This document shows positions 35,282-49,229 of a stretch of 64,000 nt of DNA, one piece after another (position 1 is the first letter of the stretch; every line of letters starts with the position of its first letter). The stretch is from Psammoneis japonica (lineage: Eukaryota). The stretch is from contig QPGO01000019.1 in assembly GCA_008632985.1 (NCBI GenBank), forward strand, positions 1 to 64,000, given 5' to 3'. The notes below the pieces were generated by a model. It worked only from the letters and a program-made list of their open reading frames with translations, did no database searches and had not been told where the DNA came from. Position numbers and translations under genes: made by a program.

Positions 35282-38200
35282 TTATTGCTCATCATACCGA
35301 TTCCAAAAGCCTGTAGTGTGTCCATGAGCAATATCACATGACTGAACAAGTACTCTTTCTCCTGATTTTGGGAAATGTGGCTGTGATACGCATCGAGTTG
35401 GTTGATCAACTGGTCGGATATCAAACCTGAATTCTCTGAAGGATCCAAACCCGGGACCAGAAATGAACCTTTGTCGAGTTATCAGGCTATCACAATCAAA
35501 GATGGAGATTGAATTGTTATTTTTCGGTCGAATCCCAAGGCACTTGTTTGAGCCAGACTTTCTTATCATGTCTCCCGCCATGCCATCGACATCTGATTGA
35601 AACACAAACTCCCACTGTGTGGTGTTGTCGAAGAAGCACTTATCCACAACCAAGACTTTGCTGGGGAGGTCAACCAAGCAGTAAAATTTTTCTTTGGTAC
35701 GATTCTGCCATCTGTAGCCTTGTTCCCAGTAGAGTCTTCACGTATGGAAAGAAGCAGTAAAAGCATTAGCTAAGAATAAAAATCAAACCTCTTGAACGCA
35801 ACAACCAAAACGTACCTAATGCTATGAGATACGTCGGCGGTGGGCGGCCGTATAATGTCACCATTCCTCGGAGTTGGGCTCATTGTAGGAGAAACTAGAT
35901 CTGGAGGAGAGTCAACAGAGCTGCCTTGTACTTGGAAGTCACGAATAGAATACCCGGCATCTTCGCCCCGGCGAATGCCTTTCATCCGTACATACTTAGC
36001 CGAAGGTCCACCAGGAATATCGATGACATCCCTGGTGCTGACGCTATTCTTCTTTACAAAGACAATGTTCCATCTTCTCGCGTTGGTCGAGGTTTCAATA
36101 CGATAACTTCTTCCTTTCCCTCCTACCTTTGTCCAATCTAAAACAACACGAGACACTGAATACAACGCACCAAAGTTCACGTAGATCCATTCGCCATCAT
36201 TTGCATCGCTTCTCCAGCGAGTGTCTCTGGAATCGTCAATCACGGCTTTAGCAGGATACCTGCCGGTCTCGGTTGATGCCACCGCACTAATGAGCGGAAG
36301 GGAACCAGCTTCCGGTGGTGGAGCTTGTCCAGGTGTCGGAGAAGGCGTTTGAACGGGCAAAGGAGTAGGCTTGTCGTCGGTTCGGATCCCTTCTATTTGG
36401 AAATCACGGATTGAGTATCCCGAATCCTCGCCCCGGCGAACGCCCTTCATCCGCACATATTTTGCCGAAGGTTCATTAGGAAGATCGATAACATTCTTGA
36501 CGCTGGCGCTATCCCTCACTCGACGCTCGACCACCCATTTCTTTGAGTCGGTCGAGATTTCAATGTTATAACTTCGTCCTGGCGAGCCTAATTTTGTCCA
36601 TTCTAGGACAACTCGGGTGACTGTGTACATAGCACCTAGGTCCACGTATATCCACTCTGTATCCCCTGCATCGCTTCTCCAGCGAGTGTCTCTTGACTTG
36701 TCAATCACGGCATTTGCAGGATACCTCTTTGTCTCGGATGAAGCCTTCACACCGATGCCCTGAGGAAATTAGCTTCTGGTGGAGCTGCCTGTGCCTTTGT
36801 CGGAGAAGCTGTTGGAACAGTCGGAAAAGTAGGCTTGCCTCCGACTGGGACACCTTCTATTTGGAAATCACGAATTGAGTATCCCGAATCCTCGCCCCGA
36901 CGAATGCCCTTCATCCGTACATACTTAGCCGAAGGTTCCTTAGGAAGATCTATTATATCCTTTGGGCCGGCGCTATCCCTCACCCGACGCTCAACCATCC
37001 ATTTCTTCGCGTCGGTCGAGATTTCAATGTTGTAGCTTCTTCCTTTCCCTCTTAAATATGTCCACTCTAAAACAACTCTGGTGACTGTGTGAATAGCCCC
37101 GAGATCGACATAAATCCATTCTGTATCCCTTGCATCGCTTCTCCAGCGAGTGTCGCTTGACTCGTCGATTACGGCGCTCGATGGATACCTCTTTGTCTCG
37201 GATGAAGCCTTAACATTGATAGGCAGAAGGTAACTAGTTTCTGGTGGCGCTGCATTTGTCTTTGTCGGAGAAGCAGTTGGAATAGGCGGCAAACTAATCT
37301 TGCTTCCGACTGTGACACCTTCTATTTGGAAGTCACGAATTGAATATCCGGTGTCCTCGCCTCGGCGTACACCTTGCATGCGTACAAACTTCGCAGAAGG
37401 CCCGCTAGGAAGATCGATGACATCCTTGATGCTGACGCTATTCTTCACTCTGTGTACCACAGTCCACTTTTTTGCGTCTTTCGATGTTTCGATGTTATAA
37501 CTTCGTCCTGGAGGGCTTACTTTTGTCCATTCTAAAACAACTCGTGTCACTGAAGATACTTCGCCAACTTCTACATAAACCCACTCTTTATCATTTGCAT
37601 CGCTTCTCCAGCGAGTGTCTCTCGTCTCGTCAATTACGGCACCCGCTGGATACCTGCTGGTCCCTGTTGATGCTACTGCACTGATACGTGGCAGGACGGT
37701 GGCTCCATTTGTTGGTTTTTCCTCAGTCTTCGCACGAGTCGGAGCTACTGCTGGAATCGGAGGTGGAGCATTCGGGTCTCCAACGGGGCTACCCTCTATC
37801 TGAAATTCACGAATTGAATATCCCGCATCCTCACCCCGGCGTATACCTTTCATGCGCACAAACTTTGCTACTGGGCCATGAGGTAGCTCGATAACCTCGA
37901 TTCGATTGGCACTATTCCGCACGACATCCTCGACGTTCCAAGTCTTGGCATCTCTTGAGACTTCAATGTTATAGCTTCTTCCGTTCCCTTCTGTTCTTGT
38001 CCATTCTAGTATAACTTTTGTCACGGAGTAGGTTGCCCCGATATTGATATAGATCCACTCGCCATCTTTTGCATCGCTTCTCCAACGAGTGTCGCTGTTC
38101 CCGTCGAGGACCGCGTTCGCTGGATACCTCTTCGTCTCACTCGATGCAACCGCCCCAAACCGCGGAAGATCACTAGGTATAGGAGCTGACTTGGGAGCAT

Positions 38201-38729
38201 TCTGAGAATTCTGAGGAGAATGCATAGGCGTAACGTCTGAGTTTGGGCTTTCTCCGTAAAGTTCAAATTCTTTGATTGAATATCCCGGTCCACTCCCTCG
38301 TTTCATGCCAGTCATACGAACATATCTTGCTGTATGGGGAGATTGCAAATCCATTACATATATCTCTTTCGTGCTGTTTTTCACAGTCCTGTGAAGCTTC
38401 CATTTTTTCGCATTTTTGGAGCTTTCGATTCTGAAAGACCTTCCCACTTCGTCAGCACTACTCCAGCGAATGACTGCACGACCGAAAGGATACGACGCAC
38501 CCATGTCAACGTAAATCCATTCATCATCCTTGTCCTCACTTTGCCATTGAGTTCTCTTATCTCCGTCAATTGCATCATCTTTGGAAGAGAAGAATCGATT
38601 CTTTACCGATGAGGCTGTTACATTAATGCGCGGTAAAGCCTCACGTAGCCGTCGTTTCGTCGATCCAGGCTTTCCCAATATTGGTTGACCGCTCAACAAG
38701 ATAATCAACAAGGTTTGAAGGATCCTCAT
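35282..38729 (-). CDS. Secreted protein with six F5/8 type C domains plus ricin-B-like domain; intron 35736-35815; apparent 1-bp deletion near 36757
   Basis: Signal peptide MRILQTLLIILLSG; GTACG...GAAG intron joins HSIR to LYWEQGYRWQ as in the paralogs. Confidence 0.87.
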
Positions 38730-39391
38730 TTCGATAACACACTGCAAAGGGTGAGCCAAGCACCCAAGGTTGACTTTGCAAATCCTTAAAAAGCGAGAGG
38801 GTGCGAAGCGAAATGGAGAGAAAAATGAACACAAATTTCTGACCACTGCAAACGCAGAAACCACATGAATTCGCGTCAATTAAACTTTATCCAAAATTGT
38901 AGGTTTATATAATTTGAGGGAACACTTATTTTGTACTTCCTTTTCCAGTACCAACTTAAATGATACAAATATTCAGACATTCAATACTTAAGAAGATTTT
39001 CTGTTGGACATTTTTCTCTTGTTTTACGATCAAAATGCCTTAATTATAATCTGGAGTAGGAAGGTTAACACTTAAGACATATTCGCGTTCAGAAACTCGC
39101 TGAAAGAAGGATGATAGTACTTTCGTTCAGCAAGACGTTCTCGAAGCGTGCGTGCGTGAGGTAGGTCGCGTCATGATGATGTCAAGGGATTATTTTGGCG
39201 ATGTTGTGGTTCTCGTTTGCCTGCAATCTCCAAATCGCCGCGAGAGCGACACCTCATTCCAGATTGTTGCTGATCCAGATTGCTGATTGATGATTGATGA
39301 CGCCGGTGTTTGCTGATGGATAGCTTCCATCCTTGTCATCAGCATCACGACATGGACTACTTGTATTGAGACTGTTTGAAAAATTTGTATC

Positions 39392-39943
39392 ATGTCTCAA
39401 CGATCCGCTCTCATCATTGTTGACATGTCGGTTGAGCAAGTCTCTGCAATTCACTACAACAAAAAGAGCCTCATTGAAAACTGCCATTCGCTTGGAACCA
39501 GCAACGCGTTTGATATTGTGATTGACTGCAGACTATGGTTGCGTTCTCCGGATGAATCCAGTCTGAGTACGGTTTACCCTGAAACCGCAAAGACCATGTT
39601 TGTCGCTGAATCAGAAGGAGCATCTCTCATTCCCGAGCTACTCGATATGAAGAGATTAGTGTTTGTACCCAAGAACAATTACAGCTGCTTTGCAAACAGC
39701 ACGCTCTTGTCAGTGCTGCGTGACGCTGACATTGGCAAAGTCTTTATTTGCGGGATCAACACAGACTACTGCGTGTTTGCGACAGCGCTTGACTCGTTTC
39801 AGAACAAGTTTCAAACCTTTGTCGTGGAGGATGCAGTCACATCCGTCTGCGGCAGAAAAGGTCATGAGGATGGATTGAACAACTTGATAAAACACTTTGG
39901 TGAAGGCGTACTCGTCAAAACAAAGGACGTATTGAATCCATAG
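39392..39943 (+). CDS. Isochorismatase-like cysteine hydrolase
   Basis: ALIIVDM, K..YSCF and GINTDYCVFATA motifs (Asp-Lys-Cys triad). Confidence 0.9.
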   Translation: MSQRSALIIVDMSVEQVSAIHYNKKSLIENCHSLGTSNAFDIVIDCRLWLRSPDESSLSTVYPETAKTMFVAESEGASLIPELLDMKRLVFVPKNNYSCFANSTLLSVLRDADIGKVFICGINTDYCVFATALDSFQNKFQTFVVEDAVTSVCGRKGHEDGLNNLIKHFGEGVLVKTKDVLNP

Positions 39944-40065
39944 GAACGATGACGCGCTTCCGCACTCTGCAAGCAGGTAATGAAATTATGGGACTATATA
40001 TGTGGACTGCGACGAAGAGTTGAACTACGATGCGGCACATCCGCTACTTGCCCCAAAGTGAACTA

Positions 40066-41720
40066 TTATTGCTCATACTTATTCCAATACCCAGTTGTGT
40101 GTGCGTGAGCCCGTTCACATGTTTGAACAACGATCCTCTCCTTTGCTTTCGGATGGTGTGGTTGCGTTAGGCAGTTTGTCGGTTGATCCACGGGGCGAAT
40201 GTCAAACCTAAAGTCTCGAAAGCTACCGTCAGGCCCCGATATAAATCTTTGTCTCGTAACCAGGCTGTCGCATTCAAACACTGATACGGATCGGTTGTTT
40301 CGAGGTCGGATGCCGACGCATTCGTTTGTGCCAGTCTTTCGAATCATGTCACCCTCCGTGCCATTCACGTTGTCTGATTCAAACACAAACTCCCACTGAG
40401 TTGTGTTGTCATAGCGACAAAAATCAATCACCAAGCCGTACACTGGATGGTCAACCATACAGTACTTCTTCTCTGTTGGCTTTTGTTGCCATCGATACCA
40501 GTCTTCCCAGTGGAGTCGTATGCTGTGTGATACATTTGCTAGCATCGTAGGTGATGGCGACAAACTTGGTGTATCCGTCTGGGTTGGAGACGAACTTGGT
40601 GTGTTGGTTTGGGTCGGCGACAAACTTGGTGTGTCAGTCTGGGTTGGCGACAAACTTGGTATGTCGGACGGGATTGGCGTAGGTGGTAGAGTTGCACTGT
40701 CGGCGTCCGGTTGCCAAGCCATCGTTGGGGATAATGTGGGAGAGACAGTCGTCGCATTGTCGGCGTCCGGTCGCCCAATCAACTCTGGAGGAGGTTGAAT
40801 AAGACTTCCCTCAAGATCAAATTCACGCAGGGAATAGCCCCATTTCGTCCCTCGGCGTAAGCCCTTCATGCGGACAAATGTCGAAACAGTCCCGGTTCGA
40901 AGATTGATGACGTCTGTTTTGTTGGTACTGTTTGTCACCTTTCTCCCAAACGTCCAATGGGTGGCGTCATTCGATGTTTCAATCTTGTACGTACGCCCTT
41001 GGTCATTGCGTTGTGACCAGCGAAGGACCACTCGTGATATGGAGTAGGTACCGCCGGTGTCGATATAGATCCATTCTCGGTCTCTTGCCTTGCTTTTCCA
41101 TCGACTTATTCCCGACCCATCTATTGCTTTACTGGCACTGAATCTTCTCCCCACCGCTGAAGATGCTATGGCTCTAAGACGTGGAATTGTAGTAGTTTCA
41201 ACTACGTCAGGAGCTGGTGTCATCAACGGAGTTGGGAGGCCATAGACTTCAAATTCTTTATGGAGTATCTCAATTTGCTTCCTAGATGTATGCCTTTCAT
41301 TCGAACATATCTTGCCGCTGGCCCCAACGGTAGATTTAAAACGTGCGTCCTGAGCGTACTATTGGTGAACTTCCGATGGAATCGCCACTTTTTCGTGTCG
41401 TTGGACGATGCAATTTTAAACGTTCTGCCGTTTCCGTCGAGTATGGACGTCCAGTGCAAAACAACTCGAGTTACTGAATATACTTTACCCATGTCTATGT
41501 ATATCCATGCGTCATCACGTTGATGACTTTTCCATCGTGTTTGGTTTACACCATCAATGGCGTTCTTTGCGGGATACCGAGCTACCGCTGAGGATGCTGT
41601 CGCTTTCTCACGAGGCAACAATATTTGCAGCTGTCGTTGTCGGGCCGGGGCATTTTTGTTCTCATCGTACTCTTGAGCACTGAATAGACTTAGAATAAGA
41701 GTAAGGACTTTCGTTTTCAT
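40066..41720 (-). CDS. Secreted protein with two F5/8 type C domains, PSLSPTQTDT repeats and ricin-B-like domain; apparent 1-bp deletion near 41258
   Basis: ORFs 41223-41741 and 40066-41226; adding one A gives YSIKEFEVYG; paralog of the two genes above. Confidence 0.85.
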
Positions 41721-42388
41721 CTCGAATGGGAAGAATAGCACTGTTTTGCTATATTTTTTATTGTCAAGACCACCTGGTCAAGACTTCTCTCTTATTTGTG
41801 TAAAAGTTTCGTGGCATCGCGGACCCTTCTGCTTTTCTCGTTGAGAAGGTGAGATGCGGTCATCCGTGACAAAGAATCACGGGGAAACGCGACCTCCGCC
41901 GGACATTCTCTGAATAGTATTATACAAATATAAAGATGAATTTAAGTGATCTCATCCGTTGAGCTATTCGACCATGTCCAATTCACCATAACTTCCCACG
42001 CGGGCATACTTAAGTCATTGATTGGACAGATTGGTTAATGACCTTGAGATTTTCGAAGAAAAAAGGGCATCTTCCAACGACCACTTTCCCTTTTGCTCTC
42101 GGGTTGACGATGAGATTATGGCGCATGACGCGGTACGGTACTGTGCTTGCCAGTTGCGACTATTGTCTTTACAAGCATATTAGCATTATTTTTTAAAAGT
42201 TTATGAGTTACTCCGCTACAAGGGTGCGCATGCGTTGCTTGAGTCGAGGTGTTCCTATCCAATGTACGTATTATATGCACGATTGAGGTGTTGCACGAAT
42301 GAGGTGTTGCACGAATGACCGATTCATGAAAGACCATGGAAAGAATCACACATTGTTGCGAAGTATCTATACCAATCAGATAAAAATA

Positions 42389-43365
42389 ATGAGCAACAAC
42401 GAAGACGAAGAAGAAGCTGCAAGCGAGACGACTCGCCAAGAGCGCCTTGCCGACACGGCGGACTGCTTCTCTTACACTCAAGATTTACTCAGCCAATGGA
42501 TTCCTGCGTTGGATTTTGGATCGGATCTTGCCGTTGTCATTGTTGCAATGATTAATGGCTCTCACTTGAACGACTCAGTGTTCTTTGCGGGTTTTGTTGT
42601 CTTCTGGGTGTCGCAAGAAGTCCGTGTCTTTCATGAAAGCTTCTTCACCAAGCCGGCCTCACGCCAAGCCGATTGGCAAGATATCATCAGGCGACTTGTT
42701 TTCAGAGAATCGTATCATTGCAATGGCCAATCTACTTCTTCATCATCAGATCTGTGTGAAAGATTTTGTGCCGCCTTGTTGTATGCTATTCTTGGTGCTG
42801 TGTACTTTTTATTGCACTCTGCTTTAATGTTGGCAATGTTGCTCGTCGGAGCTGTTAACGTGTTCTTGCACGCCATGGCTTTGATCCTACTCCTTCCCGA
42901 CCTCATCATGTCGTTGGCATACAATATGAAAGTCCGAAAACAAGGCAGATTTACAATGGTCCTGCTATCTGGATGGTTGTGGACAATGCATCAAGATTGG
43001 CAAGAATGCTTCTACTCGAAAGGATTATTACTCCGGTATTACCACGTGTTTGTCAGTTTATTAGGCGGGGGTCGTTGGATCGCTACAAGTTATTGGGAGT
43101 GGATGGAAACATACCAAACCGAGGCCCATGCCAGAGATGTGGCGAGTCGATTTTGTCGGTTTTCGCTCATCCTGGCCATTTGTGAGGAAGTCTTTGAAAA
43201 TGTTGGGGGATTCCTCATGTCGATTAGTGTCCTCATGAACGACTGGAACGACTCGTCAGGAGGCATCAACGACCGCGCTCTTGCCGTTTTCCAGCTGCAA
43301 TGTCTGTCATTTCAGCTCTTTATGAAACTGGCACCATACTTGGCACTTTGAAAAATAACGCCTAG
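42389..43365 (+). CDS. Multi-pass membrane protein of unknown function (paralog of 58900-59880); apparent 1-bp deletion near 43297
   Basis: Shared motifs QWIPALD.GSDL, MVLLSGW, RYYH, GGRWI.TSYW, CEEV..N.GG; several hydrophobic segments. Confidence 0.75.
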
Positions 43366-44549
43366 ACCCAAACTTAATTGTAAAATAATGGTTGGGCATG
43401 TTTCTTCTCTTTTTCTGGAGTCGCCGCTTGCGCCTTCATCAGTCGCACTATGCATACATGGCATTTGAAAGACTATCAACCGCGTGCGTTGTGGGATTCG
43501 TAGCAAATGTCGAAGTCGTCGGCGGACAATGTTACTCAACAACATGTGTATCTTGAATGCCTGACGCTACTGCCATTCGCCACCTGTCTCGAAGCATCGT
43601 GTTTAGCTGCTCCATCAAACTCTCGACATTTTCCTCACACAATTATAAATCTCTCACCCCTCTCCCATGACACTGTGCATGTCGTGCTTTGTGCCATTTC
43701 TCTCTCTCAAAATCAACGTGTGCTTGCTGTTGTGAAGTGATCTGTCATGTTGCTTCAAAGTGCGCCTCAGTCTGTCCCAATCCGTGGCGTGGCGGCGGGT
43801 GACAAAAGGCTTTCTTCCTTTCTTGATGGAGATTCTCACTGCAGTGATGATTTCTTCGTCTGTTTGCCTCTTGTGGATGAACAACGAGGAAGCCGACAGT
43901 TGCAAGAATCATCGCAAAGTCGGGGTCGTGCTAACAGCACAGTGCGTTTGGTCGGATTGTCGTGGATGAGGAAAAAACAAAAGATTGTCCGACATGCTTT
44001 CTCTGTGTGTCTTTGGGAATAAAACAAGAAGATGCATCGCCAGTTTCGAAAAAACGAGAGTATCATCGCCAAAGCTTGGGGTCGGAGTCGGAGTCGTGGC
44101 AACAGTCGTGCGTTTTGGTCGTGGATATTGCTCGGATTCACGACAGACAGTTTTTTGGTTCAAATCCCGTTTGCACTTTAGAGTGAATGATCGTTTACTT
44201 TTTCTTTGCAATCCAAAAAGAAGTGTTTTAGCTTCTGTTTTGTTTGTATTACTCGTAAACATCGTCGCATCAAGCTGTGGTTGTTGTTGTTCTCGCACAC
44301 AAGATTCAGAAAGGTGAATCTTATCGGACGACGGACAGACAAAGATACTTCTTGTTCTCGGAGAAACAAAAATGCGAACCCCGCGAGCCAATCGCGTGGC
44401 TGGGCTGGAAAGCTCACAAAAAGTGCCGAGCCGAAAGTGCCGATGCCAAAGTGCCGATTGTGAGAATCGGAAAGAAGAGAAGAAAACAAGCAGCAGCAGG
44501 CGAAACACATATAACACAAGAAGAAACACACAAAAACAAGAACATTATC

Positions 44550-46876
44550 ATGATTCGATACACGGCCGTTCGCTGCATGGCAGCAGACCCATCACATCAT
44601 TGTCTCCTCTATCCGGAAAGAGTCTACGTTCCTTTCTTACCAGCAAACAGCTTGGAACCTTCTCTGATGATAGTGACGGTCTCTTTCCTACCAAACATTC
44701 CGAAAAAGCACAACAAGTCAATTTGAAATTCCTCCTCGTCGTCAACGCAAAATTGTCACTAGTCACGACGCGGTAGCTTTGGTACGAGATGGAGATACCG
44801 TGGCAGCGTCTGGCTTTGTCTGTCAGGGTGCCGCCGAAGCTGTACTCAAGGCATTGGGCGACGATATGAAGCGTCCGGCAGTCCCAATAACTTATCGTTG
44901 GTGTTTGGTGGAGGCCCCGGCGATTGGGATACAAAGGGTCTCAATCACTTGGCCAAGACAAATCACGATCGTCCCATGCTGAAACGAACGATTGGTTCTC
45001 ACTACGGACAAGTCCCCATGGTGGCCGAACTTGCTCTCCAAAACAAGGTGGAAGCGTGGACCATGCCTCTGGGTAGTATTTCTCGCATGTGGAGAGCACA
45101 AGCGACACACTCACCGGGACACATTACCAATGTCGGGATTGGGACCTATGTCGATCCCGACGAGTCGGGTGGAGCTGCCAATGAAAAGGCCCACAAGAGC
45201 AAATTGGAACTCGTTTCGAGAATTAACATTGATGGACAAGACAATTTAATGTACAAGGCTCTTCCGATTGATGTGGCCATTATCCGTGGTACGACCGCCG
45301 ATACACAGGGCAATATCAGCATTGAAGAAGAATCGTTGCTTTGCGATCAGAAAAACGTTGCCACGGCGGCACGCAACAGTGGTGGCATTGTGATTGCTCA
45401 AGTCAAGCGCATTGCCGCAGACGGTTCGTTGAATAGCAAACACGTGGCCATCCCCTCGCCCCTTGTCGATTGTATCGTCGTGGTGGACGAAGAAGACCAC
45501 GATGAAATGCACGGCATGTCCTACATGGAAAAAAACAATCCCGCTCTGACGGGACAAGTCAAGACACCCCAAGACGAGGTTTCCAAAATGCCACTGGGCA
45601 TTCGTAAAGTCATTGCCCGACGATCCTTTTTTGATTTGAAACCCAACAAAATTATCAATTTGGGTATTGGTTTGCCCGAAGGCATTGCCAGTGTCGCGGC
45701 CGAAGAGGGGATGCTCCAATACATTACACTCAGTACCGAACCCGGTGTCTTTGGTGGATTGCCCTGTCAGGGACATTCCTTTGGTCCCGCCACCAATGCT
45801 ACGGCACTCATTGAGATGAATCAAATGTTTGACTTTTACGATGGCGGGGACTCGATGCGTGCTTTTTAGGTGCGGCGCAAATCTCGCCCGAAGGCAATGT
45901 CAATGTCTCGCGCATGTCCAAGGACCGATTGACCGGACCGGGTGGATTTATTGATATCTCCCAATCGACACGCAAAATTTGCTTCCTATCGAGCTTTACC
46001 GCCATTGGATTGGATGTGGATTTGCCCGGAGACGGAACGATCAACATCAAGAAGGAAGGCACGGTGAAGAAATTTGTCAAGGAGGTCTTTGAAAAGACCT
46101 TTAGTGGAGAACAGGCCGTCAAGCGGGGACAACAAGTCTTTTACGTGACGGAACGTGCCGTCTTTCGTCGTACCGCCAAGAATCCCGTGTTGGAACTCAT
46201 TGAAATTGCGCCCGGAATTGATCTCCAAAAGGACATTTTGGACCAAATGGACTTTGAACCCGTCATTTCGCCCAAACTCAAAACCATGGACGAACGCATC
46301 TTTGTGGACGCCAAAATGAGTGTCTTGTCGGAAATGTTTGGTTCCCTGGTGGAGCGGTGTACCTACCACGCGGACGATCATGTTATTTATTTGGACTTGT
46401 TTGGCATTACGCTCGACAATGAAGACGACGTGGCGTGGTTCTTTTCCAGTATGCGAGATATTCTCCGTCCCCTCTGCAAGGATAAGGGCAAGATTGATGT
46501 CATTTTAAATTACGATGGCTTTGATCTCAACAAGGGTTTGGAAGAGCTGCACGTGGCAGAAACCAACAAGTTGCAAAGTGAGTTTTACAAGTCCGTCACC
46601 CGCTATGCCGGTGGTGCCTTTCATCGTGCCCAATTGGCACAAGACATGGATATCTGTCGTTGGGATCCCGACGATGTCTATGACATGTTTGATACCAACA
46701 AGGATGGTCGAGTGAGTCTCGAAGAACTTCGGCAGGGCATCCTTGACAAGTTTCAAATCCACATGACGCCGTCGCAAGTGCGAAAGTTTCAACGTCAACC
46801 CGAGGATACCACGATCGAACGAGAAACCTTTTCCAAGGCTGTCCATCAACTACTCAGTGATCAAGGTAGAGCTTGA
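44550..46876 (+). CDS. Family I acyl-CoA:acetate/propionate CoA-transferase (YdiF/Pct-like fused alpha-beta) with C-terminal extension and EF-hand; four apparent 1-bp deletions
   Basis: VRDGDTVAASGF, DVAIIRGTTADTQGN, NLGIGLPEG, catalytic-position STEPG, FDFYDGG, GPGGFIDISQ, YVTERAVF; EF-hand DTNKDGRVSLEE. Confidence 0.88.
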
Positions 46877-47376
46877 GTAGTTTGAGGTGGAGGCGGTGCT
46901 TCCCATTTTTAGAGTAAATACGACACAATTTTGATAACCAGACAGACAGTGTCGTCTGGTTAAGATTAGATCTGTCCATAGTTAGAGAATGAACATAGTA
47001 ACACGTCAAATAATTTTGTAAACGTGAGTGCGTGAGTTCCAACAAAAGTATTGTAGCTTTCAGAGTAGCATCGACTCTCCTACTCATCGATAGTATTCCA
47101 GTTAGCTTCAATCTCAGTAGAGAGTGTTGGAGGGCCCTCCTACTACTAGTATTTCAAGTTGACTTGTTCAGATTTCAGTGTTCTAACCGCGACCAACTTT
47201 TGCGCCAAAAAAGATCTCGCGAGGCGCGTACGTCAGTGCACCCGCGAGCCATCGCAGCACGCACATCGGATACCCTTCTCATTCTTCTGGATTCTTCATC
47301 CTGATCATTGCGTTTACGCTGACATTGCATTCCAATTATCGTCCATCGCAATCACTTTGAATCACCCATTGTGACT

Positions 47377-48948
47377 ATGAAGACTTTGGGTTTTGTGTCA
47401 TGGGGGTACCTTCTTCTTGCTTTCGCATCAGTATCAGCCTTTCAGGTCCAAGGACCATCATGCATCCGACCACGCGTCGTTTCACGTGCTACAGCTACAC
47501 AACACCATGCCACTACCCAACTGTCGGCGTTTGTCGACATTGACGAGAATGCTCCAAGAGATTTCGAGACCATGCAAGAATGGGCTTTTTCGTATGGAGT
47601 TCAAACAGCCGAAGGGTTTCAATTCACAACGGAGCAGATTGGCAACTCGCTCGATGTCAGCGTCGTGACGGGTCAGGATCTTGCAGCGGACAATCCTGTC
47701 TTGTATGTACCAAATGAAATGATTCTATCCAGCAGTCGGGCCATTGAAGAATTTGGTCGTGTTGAAGCTGCTGAGGACCTTTTAAAGAGCTTGTTGGAAA
47801 ATGCAGAGGATCAATTTGCGTATTTTTATCTGTTTCTCAAGATTTTGGTCGAGTACGAGCAAGGCGATCAATCTCCGTATTTTCCTTGGTTGAATTCGTT
47901 ACCAAGATGGTATTCCAATGGTGCATCCATGACACGTAAGTTTGTAGAGTGAGGTATGCTGTAGAGTCGCGTGCTTTGTTGCATCTTGAATCACTAATAT
48001 TTTCGCTTTCGCTCAGCTTTCTGCTACGAATGCCTTCCTCCGCTGGTGGCCAAACTTGCCATGGCCGAACGAACCAAATTCATATACTTTAGCCAAGCTC
48101 TCAAGCAAGTTGGTTTTCTAAGTGATGAGATAAAAAAGGACAAGGAATTGGCAAAGTGGGCCTACCAAGTTGTTTATACGAGAAGTTTTGATGTCAATGG
48201 TGACGTACGAATCGTCCCCATGGCTGACATGGTACGTACTGCCTGCTCTGTGCTATAAACGTTTTGGTACAATCGTCGGTTGTTGAAGATAAAATCACCA
48301 CTCACGTTTACTCTGTACCCCGACATTGGATGAAACAATGGCGTAACTGACTAACTCTTGTGTTGGTAGTTCAATCATGGAACAGAGACGGAAGTCGAAA
48401 TTAGCTACGACGAAGATGGAAATTGCTATGCTTACACGACAAGAGATATACCTGCCGGATCGCCATTGCGCATGTCGTACGGCGACCCAACAAACCCCTC
48501 GTACTTGTTTGCCCGGTACGGTTTTGTAGACACGTCCTCTCCTGCAACCTTTTGCAAAATCATGCTTGAACCGACATCTCAACTCGTGGACATGGGATAC
48601 GACTACTCTCGAATGCTGTTTTACAAGGATACCGGGGATGTATCAGAGGAAGTTTGGGATGTATTGCTTTATAACATCCTTGCCAACGATCGGAACACTC
48701 AGCAAGCCTTTTATGAGGCTCACATGACTGGAGACTATGAAACCAAACAAGCCATTCATGATCAGTATTGGCAGGAAACCTCTGCAGCGCTGCGAAATCA
48801 TGTGGATGGCTTCTTGGGCCAGCTTGACGAATTATCTGCCAAGGGCATCGGCAAGGATATCGCTAGTCACCCGCGTCTACCGCTCATTCTAGAGCACAAT
48901 GACTTCGTCAAGGATACATTCTTGAATGTCAAAGCTAAGCTGGGATAA
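47377..48948 (+). CDS. Plastid-targeted SET-domain (Rubisco LSMT-like) lysine methyltransferase; introns 47936-48016 and 48232-48369
   Basis: Signal peptide ending SVSA-F; spliced IVPMADM/FNHG; SYG..TNPSYLFARYGF; GT-AG introns keep the frame. Confidence 0.9.
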
Positions 48949-49229
48949 TGAGTACCTCTCTCCGTTGGAACATTCTCGAACAAATTTAAAATAAACATTC
49001 TACTGCTGTGCACCATTGCGGAAGAAACGTACTCTTGTTCTCATTCGTAACGTATTGCAATTGTCTTCATTTTCTGATTTGCTACCGCAACAAGCTACAC
49101 CCGCAATGCCTTTTTGTCGCAGGCCTTGAAATGGCTGCAGCGATTATAACAATGATCCCTCCATAGAAGATGTCCGACTCTGAGTTAGTTTGCTCAAGAA
49201 AGATGATGCTCAAAATAAAACATGTAAAT

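Noticed and set aside
43500..44530. Several 100-200 aa ORFs upstream of the CoA-transferase
   Set aside because: Low-complexity, no motifs, overlapping on both strands; probably promoter/UTR.
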